Below are positions 54,715 to 64,000 of a stretch of DNA of 64,000 nt, piece after piece. The notes under the pieces were generated by a model. The model did no database searches, had not been told where the DNA came from, and saw only the letters and a list, made by a program, of their open reading frames with translations. This stretch comes from an uncultured Pelagibacteraceae bacterium (GTDB lineage Bacteria > Pseudomonadota > Alphaproteobacteria > Pelagibacterales > Pelagibacteraceae). How positions within the stretch are numbered: the first letter of the stretch is position 1; each line of letters starts with the position of its first letter. Made by a program: the position numbers and the translations under genes. The DNA lies in assembly GCA_902607805.1 (NCBI GenBank), contig CACLLR010000001.1:15992-79991 (forward strand), read 5' to 3'.

Positions 54715-56160
54715 ATGGATAATTCAATAATAATTAGCCCCTTAGGGTTCAGAGAATATGATGCAAGATGGTTATACCCTGAAAGTATAAATTCAGAGGG
54801 TATAAAACTGGTAGGAAAAGGGTTTGGAACACAGGTAATCAAAAAAAATAAAAATCCGAGAGTTTCAGTGGGTCATGATTATAGGTCATATAGTGAAGAG
54901 GTAAAAAAAAATTTCATAGAAGGTCTTATTTCTACAGGATGCAATGTTGAAGATATAGGTCTTTGTTTGTCACCAACAGCCTATTACTCTCAATTTGATT
55001 TAAACACAGATGCCGTAGCAATGATAACTGCAAGTCATAATGAAAATGGTTGGACTGGAATTAAAATGGGAATTGATAAAGGTTTAACACATTGTATTGA
55101 GGAAATGACAGATTTAAAAGATATTGTATTAAACAAAAAATTTGTTGAAGGAAAAGGTAATTATAAAAAAATAGATAATTACAAAGAAAAATACATAAGT
55201 TATTTAACAAAAAATAAGATAAATAAAAAAATTAAAGCAGTAGTTGCTTGTGGAAATGGAACGGCAGGAATATTTGCACCTGAAATATTAAGAAAGATTG
55301 GCTGCGAGGTAATAGAGCTAGATTGTAACCTAGATTATACTTTTCCTAAATATAATCCAAACCCCGAAGATATGAAAATGCTTCACGAAATTGCTAAATG
55401 TGTAAAAGAAAATAATGCAAATGTGGGTTTTGGGTTTGATGGAGATGGGGATAGAGTTGGTGTAATTGATGATAAAGGAAATGAAATATTTGCTGACAAG
55501 ATAGGTCTTCTAATGGCAAGAAATATATCAAATGACAATAATAATTCTAAATTTATTGTTGATGTAAAATCAACAGGTTTATTTCAAAATGATAAAATTT
55601 TAAAAAAAAATAAATGTGAAACTATTTATTGGAAAACTGGACATTCATATATTAAAAGGAAAGTAAATGAAGAAAAAGCAATAGCAGGATTTGAAAAAAG
55701 TGGACATTTTTTCTTCAATAAACCTTTAGGATTGGGATACGATGATGGAATAAATTCAGCTATACAAGTATGTCATTTACTTAATAATGAAGATAAAACT
55801 ATTAGTGAACTTGTAAAAAATTTGCCTATAACATATCAAAGTCCAACGATGAGTCCTTATTGTAAGGATGATGAAAAATATGATGTAATTGTTCAATTAA
55901 TTGCCAAAGTAAATGAAATAAAGAAAAATAATATTAAAATAGACGGTTTAAATATAATTGATATTTTAACAGTTAATGGCATTAGATTTACTTTAGAAGA
56001 TGGATCGTGGGGATTAATAAGAGCATCATCAAATAAACCATCGTTAGTGGTTGTAACAGAAAGTCCGGAATCAGATAATAGAAAAAAAGAAATTTTTTAT
56101 TTTATAGATAAAATGCTTAAAGATACTGGTAAAATTGGTGAGTATGATCAAAAAATCTAA
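54715..56160 (+). CDS. Phosphomannomutase/phosphoglucomutase
   Basis: FREYDAR, MITASHN, FDGDGDR, GFEKSGH, RASSN. Confidence 0.93.
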   Translation: MDNSIIISPLGFREYDARWLYPESINSEGIKLVGKGFGTQVIKKNKNPRVSVGHDYRSYSEEVKKNFIEGLISTGCNVEDIGLCLSPTAYYSQFDLNTDAVAMITASHNENGWTGIKMGIDKGLTHCIEEMTDLKDIVLNKKFVEGKGNYKKIDNYKEKYISYLTKNKINKKIKAVVACGNGTAGIFAPEILRKIGCEVIELDCNLDYTFPKYNPNPEDMKMLHEIAKCVKENNANVGFGFDGDGDRVGVIDDKGNEIFADKIGLLMARNISNDNNNSKFIVDVKSTGLFQNDKILKKNKCETIYWKTGHSYIKRKVNEEKAIAGFEKSGHFFFNKPLGLGYDDGINSAIQVCHLLNNEDKTISELVKNLPITYQSPTMSPYCKDDEKYDVIVQLIAKVNEIKKNNIKIDGLNIIDILTVNGIRFTLEDGSWGLIRASSNKPSLVVVTESPESDNRKKEIFYFIDKMLKDTGKIGEYDQKI

Positions 56161-56166
56161 TTAAAC

Positions 56167-57000
56167 TTAAATACTTAAATATCTATAAATAAATATAGTT
56201 CCAACAATATACAAAAAAATTCCAAACATTCTTTGTACATTGCCCTTGTCAATTTTATGCACTGTATTTGCTCCTACTCTAGCCATTATAGTTGTTATTG
56301 GAATAAATATTAAAAATGCAGGAATATTTATAAAACCAACACTAAAAGGTAGGTCAACTTTTAAAAAAGACCCTGAAATCAAAAAGCCTAATGCTCCAAA
56401 TATAGCAATAATTGAACCTATAGCAGCAGCACTACCAATGGCTTTATTGATAGAATAGCCAAAATATCTTAAGATTGGCACGTTCATTACAGCGCCTCCG
56501 ATTCCCATAGGAGCTGAAATAAATCCTGATAAAAAACCTAAAATAATTCTAGGTAATAGTTTAAAATTTGACTTAAATCTTTTAGTTCTATCCTTTAAAT
56601 TCAAAAGGTAGGCACCTAAACAATATACTACTATTGAAAAGAACAATAAAAGTGACTTTGTATTCAATATTGATGCTAAATATGTTCCAGATAGAACTCC
56701 AATAATTACAAATAATCCATAATTTTTAATTATACTTATTTCTACTGATTTATGCTTGTTGTGAGTTAAAACAGATACAATAGATGTTGGAATAATTATT
56801 GCAAAAGAAGTTCCTACAGCTAAATGCATTATATAATTAACTTCAATATTTAAAGTTTCAAATATAAAAAAAAGAAAAGGAACAGTAATAAGTCCACCTC
56901 CAATACCAAATAACCCAGCAAAAAAACCAACTGGAAAAGCAGTAAATACCATCAACAAAATATAAAAAAAATATTCGCTTGATAAAATTGTATTAATCAA
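56167..57000 (-). CDS. Sulfite exporter TauE/SafE family protein
   Basis: GLFGIGGGLITVP, AVGTS, MGIGG. Confidence 0.9.
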   Translation of the reverse strand: MINTILSSEYFFYILLMVFTAFPVGFFAGLFGIGGGLITVPFLFFIFETLNIEVNYIMHLAVGTSFAIIIPTSIVSVLTHNKHKSVEISIIKNYGLFVIIGVLSGTYLASILNTKSLLLFFSIVVYCLGAYLLNLKDRTKRFKSNFKLLPRIILGFLSGFISAPMGIGGAVMNVPILRYFGYSINKAIGSAAAIGSIIAIFGALGFLISGSFLKVDLPFSVGFINIPAFLIFIPITTIMARVGANTVHKIDKGNVQRMFGIFLYIVGTIFIYRYLSI

Positions 57001-57985
57001 TTTGACCTGTGGGTTGGGTTACATGATTTAATTTAACTTTATCCAAAATGTGATCTACCTTTTGAATATCCGCATCCCTTACACACATATTCTCACTTAA
57101 ATATCGTTTCCAAAAATTTGATCCTGTTTGTCCATGAAATAAACCCAAAGTATGTCTCATAACTTGGTTTACTCTAGTGCCTTTTTTAATTTCATTTTTT
57201 AAATAAATTACAAGATTTTCAATAACTTCTTGTCTTGATGGTACATTTTCATTTTTAAAAATTTCTTTTTCAATATCAGCTAATAAATAGGGCGAATGAT
57301 AAATTGCTCTACCCATCATAACTCCATCAACTTTTTTAATATGATTTTTTATTTGATCAGTCGATGTTATGCCGCCATTAATAATAATATCCAATTCTTT
57401 AAAATCTTCTTTTAATTTATAAACCATTTCATATTTTAATGGTGGAATATTTAAATTTTGTTTTGGAGTAAATTTTCCTAACATTGCTTTTCTTGCATGT
57501 ATGATGAATGTTTTAACTCCAGTAGATTTTAGTATATTTATAAAATTATACAAATGCTCATAATCTTCGACTTGGTCGTAACCTATTCTTGTTTTTACTG
57601 TCACTGGTAATATGGTTTTAGATTGCATTTCAAATAAACAGTCAGCAACTAATTTTGGTTCTTTAATCAAACATGCACCAAATTTATTTTTTTGAACTTT
57701 TTTGCTAGGACATCCTAAATTTAAGTTGATTTCATCATAACCAAAATCCTCTCCAATTTTTACTGCGTTTGCCAACAACTTAGGAGTTGAACCTCCCAAT
57801 TGAAGTGCCACTGGTTTTTCTTCTAAATTAAATGAAAGTAGTTTTTCTCTATCTCCTCTATCTATTGCTTCTGATACAATCATTTCAGTATACAGAAGAA
57901 CATTTTTACTTATTAAGCGTAAAAAATACCTTTCATGCTTATCGGTACAATCCATCATCGGTGCTACTGAAACTTTTCTATTCAT
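56993..57985 (-). CDS. dusA: tRNA dihydrouridine(20/20a) synthase
   Basis: VAPMMDCTD, LQLGG, NLNLGCPS, HARKA, PPLKY. Confidence 0.93.
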   Translation of the reverse strand: MNRKVSVAPMMDCTDKHERYFLRLISKNVLLYTEMIVSEAIDRGDREKLLSFNLEEKPVALQLGGSTPKLLANAVKIGEDFGYDEINLNLGCPSKKVQKNKFGACLIKEPKLVADCLFEMQSKTILPVTVKTRIGYDQVEDYEHLYNFINILKSTGVKTFIIHARKAMLGKFTPKQNLNIPPLKYEMVYKLKEDFKELDIIINGGITSTDQIKNHIKKVDGVMMGRAIYHSPYLLADIEKEIFKNENVPSRQEVIENLVIYLKNEIKKGTRVNQVMRHTLGLFHGQTGSNFWKRYLSENMCVRDADIQKVDHILDKVKLNHVTQPTGQID

Positions 57986-58010
57986 GATGTAAGATTATTA
58001 TCTTATTTTT

Positions 58011-58541
58011 TTAAGTATTTGTAGGGTCTTGGTCTGCCTGTTGGTCTGCTTGTACTTCTTCTTCTTTAATTTCATCTAAAGAAACATCGGTTTCTTCCTC
58101 ATCATTAGAATTTTCGGATGGTTCTGGGGCAGAAGGTTCGTTGGTATTTTGAAGTTCTGCTAAATCCTCATTTGATACTTGAATTTTCTCTGGAATTTTT
58201 CTTGCTCTTTTTGATGGTAAAATTGGAACTCCACTTTTAGAAATTTCTCCTTTATATAAACTTTCAAAATCATCACCAATATCTTCATCATCTTCTACAT
58301 TGTCATCTACTTGTTCTATGTGCTTCCTTAATTTATAGATTGCACTTTCAGTTAATTCTGAAACCTTTATTTTTTCATCTGCTATTTCTCTAAGAGATAT
58401 AACGGTGTTTTTGTCATTATCTCTTTCTAAAGTTGGTTCTAAACCTGAATTTAATTGAGTTGCTCTTTCTTTAGCTACTAAGACTAATTCGTAAGGACTA
58501 TCTACTTTATCTATACAATCTTCAACTGTTACTCTTGCCAT
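58011..58541 (-). CDS. rpoZ: RNA polymerase omega subunit with acidic C-terminal extension
   Basis: [29 protein letters not shown]. Confidence 0.95.
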   Translation of the reverse strand: MARVTVEDCIDKVDSPYELVLVAKERATQLNSGLEPTLERDNDKNTVISLREIADEKIKVSELTESAIYKLRKHIEQVDDNVEDDEDIGDDFESLYKGEISKSGVPILPSKRARKIPEKIQVSNEDLAELQNTNEPSAPEPSENSNDEEETDVSLDEIKEEEVQADQQADQDPTNT

Positions 58542-58583
58542 GTGGGCTGTTTATACCTCAAGTTTAAAAAAATCAAGTTTTTT

Positions 58584-59792
58584 CTAAATTAATACAGGGT
58601 TTAGTTTTTTTCTTATAAAAAAAAGCAATACAATAGATAAAAATATGTATATTCCAGAAACTATTGCAATTTCTTCTATTGAAAATCCAAAATCTATAAA
58701 AATACCAAATATAGCTGTGCCAAAAGCAGAAGCAAACACCATCAAGGCTGTAGATAGAGCTTTTATTGATCCAATATATTTTACACCATACATTTCAGCC
58801 CATAATGAAGATCCAAGAACATTTGCCCATCCATTAGAAATTCCAACTAAACCTAAGAATATAAATGAGGTTATAGGTGCATCAAAATAAATAAGCACAA
58901 ATGTAGAAATTAGAAGAGGTATATTCATATAAATTAATAGCCTTCTACTAGTAAATTTATCAATTAAAAATCCTGACAAAATCAAAGTGATAACTGAGAA
59001 AATTGAGTAAGACATAAATGATTGTGCGATAACATATGATCCCCACTCTTTTGAACTTGTTATAAATGATTGATATACAAATACACCTGTTGCAATTGAA
59101 GGCATAGCAAACATGTTCATACAAATTATATAAAATCTATAATCTTTAATTACCTCTATTCTTTTCCATTGCTTTATATTTTGATCATCATTTGTTTTAT
59201 TATCGTTTATTTCTCTTGAATCTAAATTTAAATTTTTAATTAAAAAAAAGGAAAAAGTTGGCAATAGAATTATAACTATCAACGAAAAGCTAACATATAA
59301 ATCTCTCCAATCAATAAATGTTAATAAATAAACTAACAAAACTGGTAAAATAAATTCAGCTGTAGATAAACCAAACCATCCTCCGCTTAATGCTTTTCCT
59401 CTGGATTTTGTAAAGTATCTTGAAATAGTAGTCGAAGCAGTATGTGACATCATACCTTGGCCTGAAAATCTCATAAAAAAAATTCCAATAAATAATAAAG
59501 TTATTGATGATACTTTTGAAAAGAAGAAACATGAGAAAGATAAAAGAATTATTACAAAAATTGAAAATTTAAAAACATTTACATCATCTATTTTTTTTCC
59601 TACCCAAATTAACAATAGGCTACTAAATAAAGTTGAAGTTGCATAAATTGTACCAAATTGTCCATGTGTTATATCTAGTGTATTTCTTATATGTGGATTA
59701 AAAATTCCTATAAAAAAACTCTGTCCAAAACTTGAAAAAAATGTAAATATAAATCCAAAAATAATTACTTTTAAACTTAAACTTTTAAACAT
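58584..59792 (-). CDS. MFS transporter
   Basis: SSFGQSF, GKKIDD, RFSGQG, AEMYG; about 12 TMs. Confidence 0.88.
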   Translation of the reverse strand: MFKSLSLKVIIFGFIFTFFSSFGQSFFIGIFNPHIRNTLDITHGQFGTIYATSTLFSSLLLIWVGKKIDDVNVFKFSIFVIILLSFSCFFFSKVSSITLLFIGIFFMRFSGQGMMSHTASTTISRYFTKSRGKALSGGWFGLSTAEFILPVLLVYLLTFIDWRDLYVSFSLIVIILLPTFSFFLIKNLNLDSREINDNKTNDDQNIKQWKRIEVIKDYRFYIICMNMFAMPSIATGVFVYQSFITSSKEWGSYVIAQSFMSYSIFSVITLILSGFLIDKFTSRRLLIYMNIPLLISTFVLIYFDAPITSFIFLGLVGISNGWANVLGSSLWAEMYGVKYIGSIKALSTALMVFASAFGTAIFGIFIDFGFSIEEIAIVSGIYIFLSIVLLFFIRKKLNPVLI

Positions 59793-59800
59793 AATTTAAT

Positions 59801-60670
59801 ATGACTTGTAATGTTGCTTTCATAGGTCTTGGTGTAATGGGATACCCAATGGCAGGTTATATATCAAAAGCTGGTCACAATGTAACTGTTTATAATCGTA
59901 CTACATCAAAAGCTGAGAAATGGGTTAACCAATATAAAGGTGAAAAAGCTGAAACACCTGCGAAAGCTGCTGAAAATGCAGATTATATTTTGACATGCGT
60001 TGGTAATGACAATGATTTAAGAGAAGTAACTTTTGGTGAAAAAGGAATTTTTAAAACAATTAAAGAAAATTCTATTTACATCGATAACACCACGGCTTCT
60101 GCAACTATTGCAAGAGAAATATATGATTATGCAAAAAAAAATAAATTTGGTTTTTTAGATGCTCCAGTTTCTGGGGGACAAGCAGGTGCAGAAAATGGTG
60201 CACTAACTGTTATGATAGGTGGAGATCAAAAAGATTATGATAAAGCTAGCCACATAATTGATTGTTATAGTAAAAAAATGAAGCTTTTAGGTAATTCTGG
60301 AAGTGGTCAGTTGGCCAAAATGGTTAATCAAATTTGTATAGGTGGACTAGTACAAGCTTTATCAGAAGCAATAAACTTTGGTATGAATGCAGGGCTTAAA
60401 ATGGAAGATGTAATTGAAGTTATATCAAAAGGTGCCGCTCAATCTTGGCAGATGGAAAATAGATTTAAAACAATGATAGATGACAAATTTGAATTTGGTT
60501 TTGCTGTTGATTGGATGAGAAAAGACTTAAAAATTGCACTTGAAGAAGCAAAAAAAAATAAGTCTCCTCTACCTATAACTGAAGTCATAGATAAATATTA
60601 TGCTGAAGTTCAAGATATGGGTGGAAATAGATGGGATACTTCTAGTTTAATTAGAAGATTTAGAAAGTAA
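59801..60670 (+). CDS. NAD(P)-dependent beta-hydroxyacid dehydrogenase (3-hydroxyisobutyrate dehydrogenase family)
   Basis: FIGLGVMG, DAPVSGG, KMVNQ, KDL. Confidence 0.9.
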   Translation: MTCNVAFIGLGVMGYPMAGYISKAGHNVTVYNRTTSKAEKWVNQYKGEKAETPAKAAENADYILTCVGNDNDLREVTFGEKGIFKTIKENSIYIDNTTASATIAREIYDYAKKNKFGFLDAPVSGGQAGAENGALTVMIGGDQKDYDKASHIIDCYSKKMKLLGNSGSGQLAKMVNQICIGGLVQALSEAINFGMNAGLKMEDVIEVISKGAAQSWQMENRFKTMIDDKFEFGFAVDWMRKDLKIALEEAKKNKSPLPITEVIDKYYAEVQDMGGNRWDTSSLIRRFRK

Positions 60671-60676
60671 TAACGT

Positions 60677-61276
60677 ATGCAACCGGCATACTATGAAGAT
60701 TTTAATGAAATAAAGAAAAAAATTTGGTCAATGCTTGATGATGCAGTGACTAATAGAAGCTCACAGTTTAGAATTCCTGTATTTATTTGCGGAGATCAAA
60801 AAGATTTTGATGGAAGAATTGTTGTAATTAGAAAATCTGACCAATTAAATAATCTTGTTCAATTTCATAGTGATATTAGATCTGATAAAATTCCTAAATT
60901 AAAAAATAACAAGAATGCCTCTATGCTTTTTTATGATAAAGAAGAAAAAATCCAAGTAAGATTAAAAGTAGAATGCACTCTTAATCATAATAATGAAATT
61001 ACTAAAGAGTCTTGGTCTAAAACAGGTCATATTAGTAGAAAATGTTATTTGGTTGATAATGGTCCTGGAACAAAGTCTGATTTTCCAACATCTGGTTTAA
61101 AACCAGAATTAGACAATTTTGAATTCACTATGGAACAAAGTGAAGAAGGTTATAAAAATTTTACTGTTATTCAGTGTAAAATTAAATCTATTGAATGGTT
61201 GTATTTAGCAGCTAAAGGTCATCGCAGAGCTAGATTTGATTTAATAAACAATAAAGAATATTGGTTAGTTCCTTAG
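60677..61276 (+). CDS. Pyridoxamine 5'-phosphate oxidase-related FMN-binding protein
   Basis: RIVVIR, HSDIRSDK, IQVR, EWLYL..GHRRA, WLVP. Confidence 0.8.
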   Translation: MQPAYYEDFNEIKKKIWSMLDDAVTNRSSQFRIPVFICGDQKDFDGRIVVIRKSDQLNNLVQFHSDIRSDKIPKLKNNKNASMLFYDKEEKIQVRLKVECTLNHNNEITKESWSKTGHISRKCYLVDNGPGTKSDFPTSGLKPELDNFEFTMEQSEEGYKNFTVIQCKIKSIEWLYLAAKGHRRARFDLINNKEYWLVP

Positions 61277-61293
61277 ATTAATGTTTGTAAAAT

Positions 61294-61806
61294 TTATTTT
61301 ATCTGTTTGTAATATTTTTTCCAATTTTCTTGGTAATGTATTGCATTTTCTTTTACCGCTTTAATCTCGTCTTGTGTAAGCTTTCTAATGATTCTTCCTG
61401 GTGAACCAACAACTAGGGAATTATCTGGAATTTCTTTATTTTCAGTTATTAATGATTTAGCTCCAATTACACAATTGTTTCCAATTTTTGCATTATTTAA
61501 AATTACGGCACCTATTCCAATTAAACTATTATCTCCTATTGAACATCCGTGTAGCATAACAAGATGTCCCACTGTTACATTTTTTCCTATCTTTAATGGA
61601 TATCCTGGATCAGTGTGTAAAACACTTCCATCTTGAACATTTGAGCCCTCACCTACATAAATATTTTCAATATCTCCTCTTAAGGTTGCATTGAACCAAA
61701 TACTTGTATTTTTTTCTAATGTAACGTCACCAATAATAGTAGCATTAGGCGCTATCCAATTTTCGCCTGAATTTTTTGGTTTTTTATTTTCCAAATCGTA
61801 AAACAT
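61294..61806 (-). CDS. Gamma carbonic anhydrase family protein
   Basis: LRGD, NVQDGSVLH, VTVGHLVMLHGC. Confidence 0.92.
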   Translation of the reverse strand: MFYDLENKKPKNSGENWIAPNATIIGDVTLEKNTSIWFNATLRGDIENIYVGEGSNVQDGSVLHTDPGYPLKIGKNVTVGHLVMLHGCSIGDNSLIGIGAVILNNAKIGNNCVIGAKSLITENKEIPDNSLVVGSPGRIIRKLTQDEIKAVKENAIHYQENWKKYYKQIK

Positions 61807-61825
61807 ACTTTATATAATACTTAAC

Positions 61826-62377
61826 ATGGCATTAACAAAAACTCCAATTTGTGATTTTGGCAAAAAAGCTGAAAATTTTGAGTTAAATTCTACTGAAAAT
61901 AAAATTATATCCCTTAATGAAATTAAGGGAGAAAATGGAACTTTGATAATGTTTATTTGCAATCATTGCCCTTATGTTAAGGCAGTTATTAAAGAAATTG
62001 TTGAAGATTGTAAAAAATTAAGTTCCCTTGGAGTTAAAGCAATAGCAATCAGTTCAAATGATGTAAAAAATTACCCCGAAGATTCATTTGATAATATGAT
62101 TAAATTTTCTAAAAATAATAGTTTTAATTTTCCATACCTTTTCGATGAAACTCAAAAAATTGCAAAAACTTACGGTGCTGTATGTACTCCAGATTTTTTT
62201 GGTTTCAATAAAAACTTAGAACTTCAATACAGAGGAAGAATAAGAGAATTAAAAGATTTAAAACCAGTTGGAAGTGGTGAGAGTGATTTGTTTAAAGCAA
62301 TGAAACAAATTAGTGAAACTGGAAATGGACCAAAAGACCAAATTCCAAGTATGGGCTGCAACATTAAGTGGTTATAA
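61826..62377 (+). CDS. Thioredoxin-like / AhpC-TSA family protein
   Basis: FICNHCPYV, AVCTPDFF, YRGR, SMGCNIKW. Confidence 0.9.
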   Translation: MALTKTPICDFGKKAENFELNSTENKIISLNEIKGENGTLIMFICNHCPYVKAVIKEIVEDCKKLSSLGVKAIAISSNDVKNYPEDSFDNMIKFSKNNSFNFPYLFDETQKIAKTYGAVCTPDFFGFNKNLELQYRGRIRELKDLKPVGSGESDLFKAMKQISETGNGPKDQIPSMGCNIKWL

Positions 62378-62385
62378 AAATATAA

Positions 62386-63468
62386 ATGTATTTAATAGTT
62401 ACTAGAAATTTTCCACCTGAAATTGGTGGAATGCAAAACTTAATGTGGGGATTAGTTAGATCATTATCAAAATATGATTTGGTCAAAGTTTTTGCTGATT
62501 TTCAAAACAACCATCTAGAATTTGATGAAAAAGTAAATTTTTCAATTGAAAGAGTTGGTGGACCAAAAATATTAAGAAAATACAGAAAATCTTACTTAAT
62601 TAATCAATACTTAAAAAAAAATAATAACATCAAATGTATAATTGCAGATCATTGGAAAAGTTTAGAACTTATTAAATCAAATAATAAAAAAATTTGCTTA
62701 ATTCATTCAAAAGAGATCAATCATAAAAAGGGTTCTAGACTTAATTTAAAAGTATTAGATGTACTAAATAAAGTTGATTATGTGATTGCTAATTCACAAT
62801 ATACTATGAATCTTGCAATAGACTTGGGTGTTATTAATAAAAAATTAATCGTAATAAATCCAGGAGTAGATCCTGTAAAAAAAATAGAAAAAAAATTTAT
62901 AGATGAAGCGGATAAAATATTAAATAATAAGTATCCAAAATTAATTACTGTATCTAGATTTGATAAAAGAAAGAATCATGAAAAAGTTATAATGGCATTA
63001 AGAAATTTAAAACAAATTTATCCAAATATTTTATATTTATGTATAGGTTATGGTGAAGAAGAAGATAATTTAAAAAAACTTGTAAAAGAACTAAAGTTGT
63101 ATGAACAAGTAATATTTTTAAATAATATAAATCAAGATTTAAAAAATGCCCTGGTTGCACAATCTGATGTTTTTGTGATGCCAACCATTGTTCATAAAAA
63201 ATCTGTTGAAGGATTTGGCATTGCCTATGTCGAAGCTGCACAATACGGAATTCCTTCTATAGGAGGAAAAGATGGTGGGGCATCAGATGCAATAAAGCAT
63301 AGTGAAACAGGAATAATTTGCGATGGTAACAATTTATATGAAATAATTTCTAGTATAGAACTTATTCTAAAGGATAATTTAAAAAAACAATTAGGAATAA
63401 AAGCAAAAGAGTATGCAAAAAATTTTGAATGGGATAAAATTATTCAAGAATATTTAAAAATATTATAA
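62386..63468 (+). CDS. Glycosyltransferase family 4
   Basis: FPPEIGGMQ, RKNH, EGFGIAYVEA. Confidence 0.9.
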   Translation: MYLIVTRNFPPEIGGMQNLMWGLVRSLSKYDLVKVFADFQNNHLEFDEKVNFSIERVGGPKILRKYRKSYLINQYLKKNNNIKCIIADHWKSLELIKSNNKKICLIHSKEINHKKGSRLNLKVLDVLNKVDYVIANSQYTMNLAIDLGVINKKLIVINPGVDPVKKIEKKFIDEADKILNNKYPKLITVSRFDKRKNHEKVIMALRNLKQIYPNILYLCIGYGEEEDNLKKLVKELKLYEQVIFLNNINQDLKNALVAQSDVFVMPTIVHKKSVEGFGIAYVEAAQYGIPSIGGKDGGASDAIKHSETGIICDGNNLYEIISSIELILKDNLKKQLGIKAKEYAKNFEWDKIIQEYLKIL

Positions 63469-64000
63469 AAAAGTCTCTTCGTGCCACTCTATAAGATTAT
63501 ATTTATTGCTAAGTTCATTATCGGTAGAAATTAATCTTTCTTTATACTCTATTTTAATTTTTTGAAATAAAATGTCATCAACTTGAGCTCTTGACTCATA
63601 GTTTGTAAAATTATCATAATAATGCCTTTTAGTATCTTGTGTTGGGCCAATACCTGAAATTATTATTTTGTGATTAGGAAAAATTTCTAACGCGTAAAGT
63701 ATAGAAAATAAACCTGTTGATGAACATAAAAAACCTTTTCTTGTAAGACAATGGATAAAATACAATATTCTTTTAAATAAACTATTTTTATAAAATATTT
63801 CACTGTATAATAGATCAAAAGTTGAATTAGCAAAAAATTTTTTTTGAAAAATAAATTGTTTATATTTTGAGAAATTAATTACTTTTGTGTAATTATCAAA
63901 TTTGAATTTTGGTTCTGAAAGCTTCCCATATCTAAAAACTATTTCTTTTAAATTAGCTTTTAATACTCTTTTTGATACTTCTTCATTTTTTTCAAACTCT
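63463..64000 (-). CDS. Hypothetical protein, C-terminal part (frame open to window end); sialylmotif-like
   Basis: Frame continues without stop from 63765 to the window end; SSTGLFSILYAL...ISGIG...HYYD. Confidence 0.6.
   Translation of the reverse strand, partial: EFEKNEEVSKRVLKANLKEIVFRYGKLSEPKFKFDNYTKVINFSKYKQFIFQKKFFANSTFDLLYSEIFYKNSLFKRILYFIHCLTRKGFLCSSTGLFSILYALEIFPNHKIIISGIGPTQDTKRHYYDNFTNYESRAQVDDILFQKIKIEYKERLISTDNELSNKYNLIEWHEETFL

Overview
Very AT-rich, extremely compact alphaproteobacterial chromosome segment, most consistent with a SAR11/Pelagibacterales genome (minimal or overlapping intergenic spacers, alphaproteobacterial gene order and protein types). It runs from the tRNA-Tyr/Gly-tuf-tRNA-Trp-secE-nusG-rplKAJL-rpoBC cluster, through rlmB and tesA-ybbAP, into an ~11 kb glycosylation-rich variable region built around tRNA-Thr(TGT) and tRNA-Leu(TAA) (14.2-25 kb). 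Core housekeeping genes follow (sfsA, map, purBCSQL, bolA, grxD, rpsD, cimA, cysS, nadE, class II DAHP synthase, glmS, a half-length glmU, prpDBC), then a carbamoyltransferase/SxtJ/SxtK-like/SGNH module, nrdAB with NrdR boxes, PMM/PGM, dusA, rpoZ and more glycosyltransferases. The most notable signals are: (i) an integrase-free ~1.5 kb glycosyltransferase cassette bounded by a direct repeat of the 5' part of tRNA-Leu, with an att-arm-like remnant upstream of tRNA-Thr, suggesting 5'-side tRNA-targeted cassette accretion; (ii) several collapsed gene remnants; (iii) a putative lipid-linked-sugar module (GT2 + FAD oxidoreductase + SDR + GT-C-like protein); (iv) GlmU lacking its uridylyltransferase domain; (v) a 14-A tract in a glycosyltransferase; (vi) a GT29 sialylmotif-like protein at the window end. 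No rRNA, CRISPR array, integrase or transposase was seen. All calls are from motif recognition without database searches.
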